Shown one piece after another: positions 31,092-32,000 of a DNA stretch of 32,000 nt. Origin of the DNA: Microlunatus sp. GCM10028923 (GTDB lineage Bacteria > Actinomycetota > Actinomycetes > Propionibacteriales > Propionibacteriaceae); the NCBI RefSeq assembly GCF_042666975.1, contig NZ_JBHTFF010000005.1:1321-33320 (forward strand). Reading direction: 5' to 3'. Position 1 is the first letter of the stretch. Every line of letters begins with the position of its first letter. Both the position numbers and the translations under genes were made by a program. Below the pieces are notes generated by a model. It was given only the letters and a program-made list of their open reading frames with translations. It was not told the origin of the DNA and did not search any database.

Positions 31092-32000
31092 TCAGTCGAC
31101 CGGCGGCGGGTCGGCGGCCCGGCGGGTCCGGGTCGCCCCGACGCTCGCGATCACCACACAGGCCAGCGCGATCCACTGGGTCACGCTGAGGAACTCGGCC
31201 AGCATGATCATCCCGGCCAGGGCGGCGACGCCCGGCTCCAGGCTCATCAGGATCCCGAACACGCCCGGTGGGATCCTGCGCAGTGCCAGCATCTCCAGGC
31301 TGTACGGGATCACGGAGCTCATCAGGCCCACCGCGACGCCCAAGATCAACACCTGCGGCTGCAGCAGCGACGGCCCGGATTCGGCGACGGCGAACGGGGT
31401 CAGCCCGACCGTCCCGATCAGGCTCGCCACCGCAAGACCGGACAGGCCGGACCAGCTGCGGCCGGTGCGGGCGCTGAGCAGGATGTAGCAGGCCCAGCAC
31501 AGGCCGGCCAGCAGGGCGAAGGCGACGCCGGGCAGGTTCAGCCCGGCCGGCGAGAAGCCGAGGATGGCCACCCCGGCGCCGGCCAGGATCACCCAGGCCA
31601 GGTCCCGGGCTCGCCGGGACATGATCACCGCCACCGCGAGCGGGCCGAGGAACTCGATCGTCACCGCGACGCCGATCGGGATCCGGGCCATCGACTGGTA
31701 GATCGCCCAGTTCATCACCATCAGGATGAGCCCGAAGCCGATCACCAGCAGCCAGTCCTGCCGGGACCGGCCGCGCAGCCGAGGCCGTACCATGATCAAC
31801 AACAGCACCGCGGAACTGGTCAGCCGGAGCCAGACCATCGCGGTCGGCGAGACCACGTGGAACAGGTTCTTCGCGATCGCGGCGCCGAACTGGACCGACA
31901 CGATGCCGATCAACACCAGCCAGACCGCCGGCACCCGGCCGGCCAGCCGATCCAGCCGCCCCGGCGGGTCGGCCTCCCCCAAGGACTCCGCGGACGTCAC
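31092..32000 (-). CDS. EamA/DMT-family exporter (RhtA-like); 5' end at or beyond the window edge
   Basis: About 10 TM helices. The N-terminal helix VWLVLIGIVSVQFGAAIAKNLF resembles RhtA/EamA transporters. A GTG occupies 31998-32000, so the gene may be complete at 302 aa, but the frame is still open at the window edge. Confidence 0.8.
   Translation of the reverse strand: MTSAESLGEADPPGRLDRLAGRVPAVWLVLIGIVSVQFGAAIAKNLFHVVSPTAMVWLRLTSSAVLLLIMVRPRLRGRSRQDWLLVIGFGLILMVMNWAIYQSMARIPIGVAVTIEFLGPLAVAVIMSRRARDLAWVILAGAGVAILGFSPAGLNLPGVAFALLAGLCWACYILLSARTGRSWSGLSGLAVASLIGTVGLTPFAVAESGPSLLQPQVLILGVAVGLMSSVIPYSLEMLALRRIPPGVFGILMSLEPGVAALAGMIMLAEFLSVTQWIALACVVIASVGATRTRRAADPPPVD

Noticed and set aside
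1-32000. Search for tRNA/rRNA genes, CRISPR arrays, IS elements or integrases, and in-frame TTA (bldA-type) codons
   Set aside because: I found no cloverleaf-like or rRNA-like segments, no repeat-spacer arrays and no transposase or integrase-like ORFs. The few TTA/TAA triplets I checked fall out of frame or in intergenic DNA.

Overview
High-G+C, actinobacterial-type chromosomal segment analysed by eye only (no database search or computation; motif counts are hand counts). I call 31 protein-coding genes. I saw no rRNA, tRNA, CRISPR array, integrase or transposase. Layout: (1) 1-10145 holds ordinary genes: Gfo/Idh/MocA oxidoreductase (partial), mutY, a CGNR zinc-finger protein divergent from an MFS transporter, GNAT, GH43, and an OmpR/HK two-component pair divergent from an MMPL transporter. 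(2) 10146-12144 is a ~2 kb islet with atypical codon usage that encodes an AbiEi/AbiEii-like (type IV toxin-antitoxin / abortive-infection-like) pair. A degenerate second copy of the MMPL gene 3' end lies on its far side. (3) 12450-31085 is a type II (aromatic) polyketide gene cluster of tcm/whiE flavour: KS-alpha, KS-beta/CLF, ACP, TcmI-like cyclase, an SRPBCC cyclase fused to a cupin, ABM monooxygenase, SchA/CurD-like protein, SDR, FAD monooxygenase, methyltransferase and AKR. It also carries its own three-gene E. coli-type acetyl-CoA carboxylase, an embedded sensor-less histidine kinase plus LuxR-type regulator, two ABC exporters and DoxX. (4) An EamA/RhtA-like exporter sits at the right edge. 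Observations not explained by the gene list: (a) a very strong over-representation of the GATC-core palindrome TGATCA and longer forms (GATCATGATC x6, TTGATCTTG x10), made with rare codons in several reading frames, which resembles a highly iterated palindrome; (b) a 56-bp-stem hairpin at 684-846 whose 8 non-Watson-Crick pairs are all G:U on the + strand, pointing to a structured RNA; (c) a ~420-bp lower-G+C spacer rich in TTCG/CGAA palindromes inside the PKS cluster; (d) three and a half tandem 23-24 bp repeats upstream of the AKR gene. All functional calls rest on recognisable motifs, not on searches.
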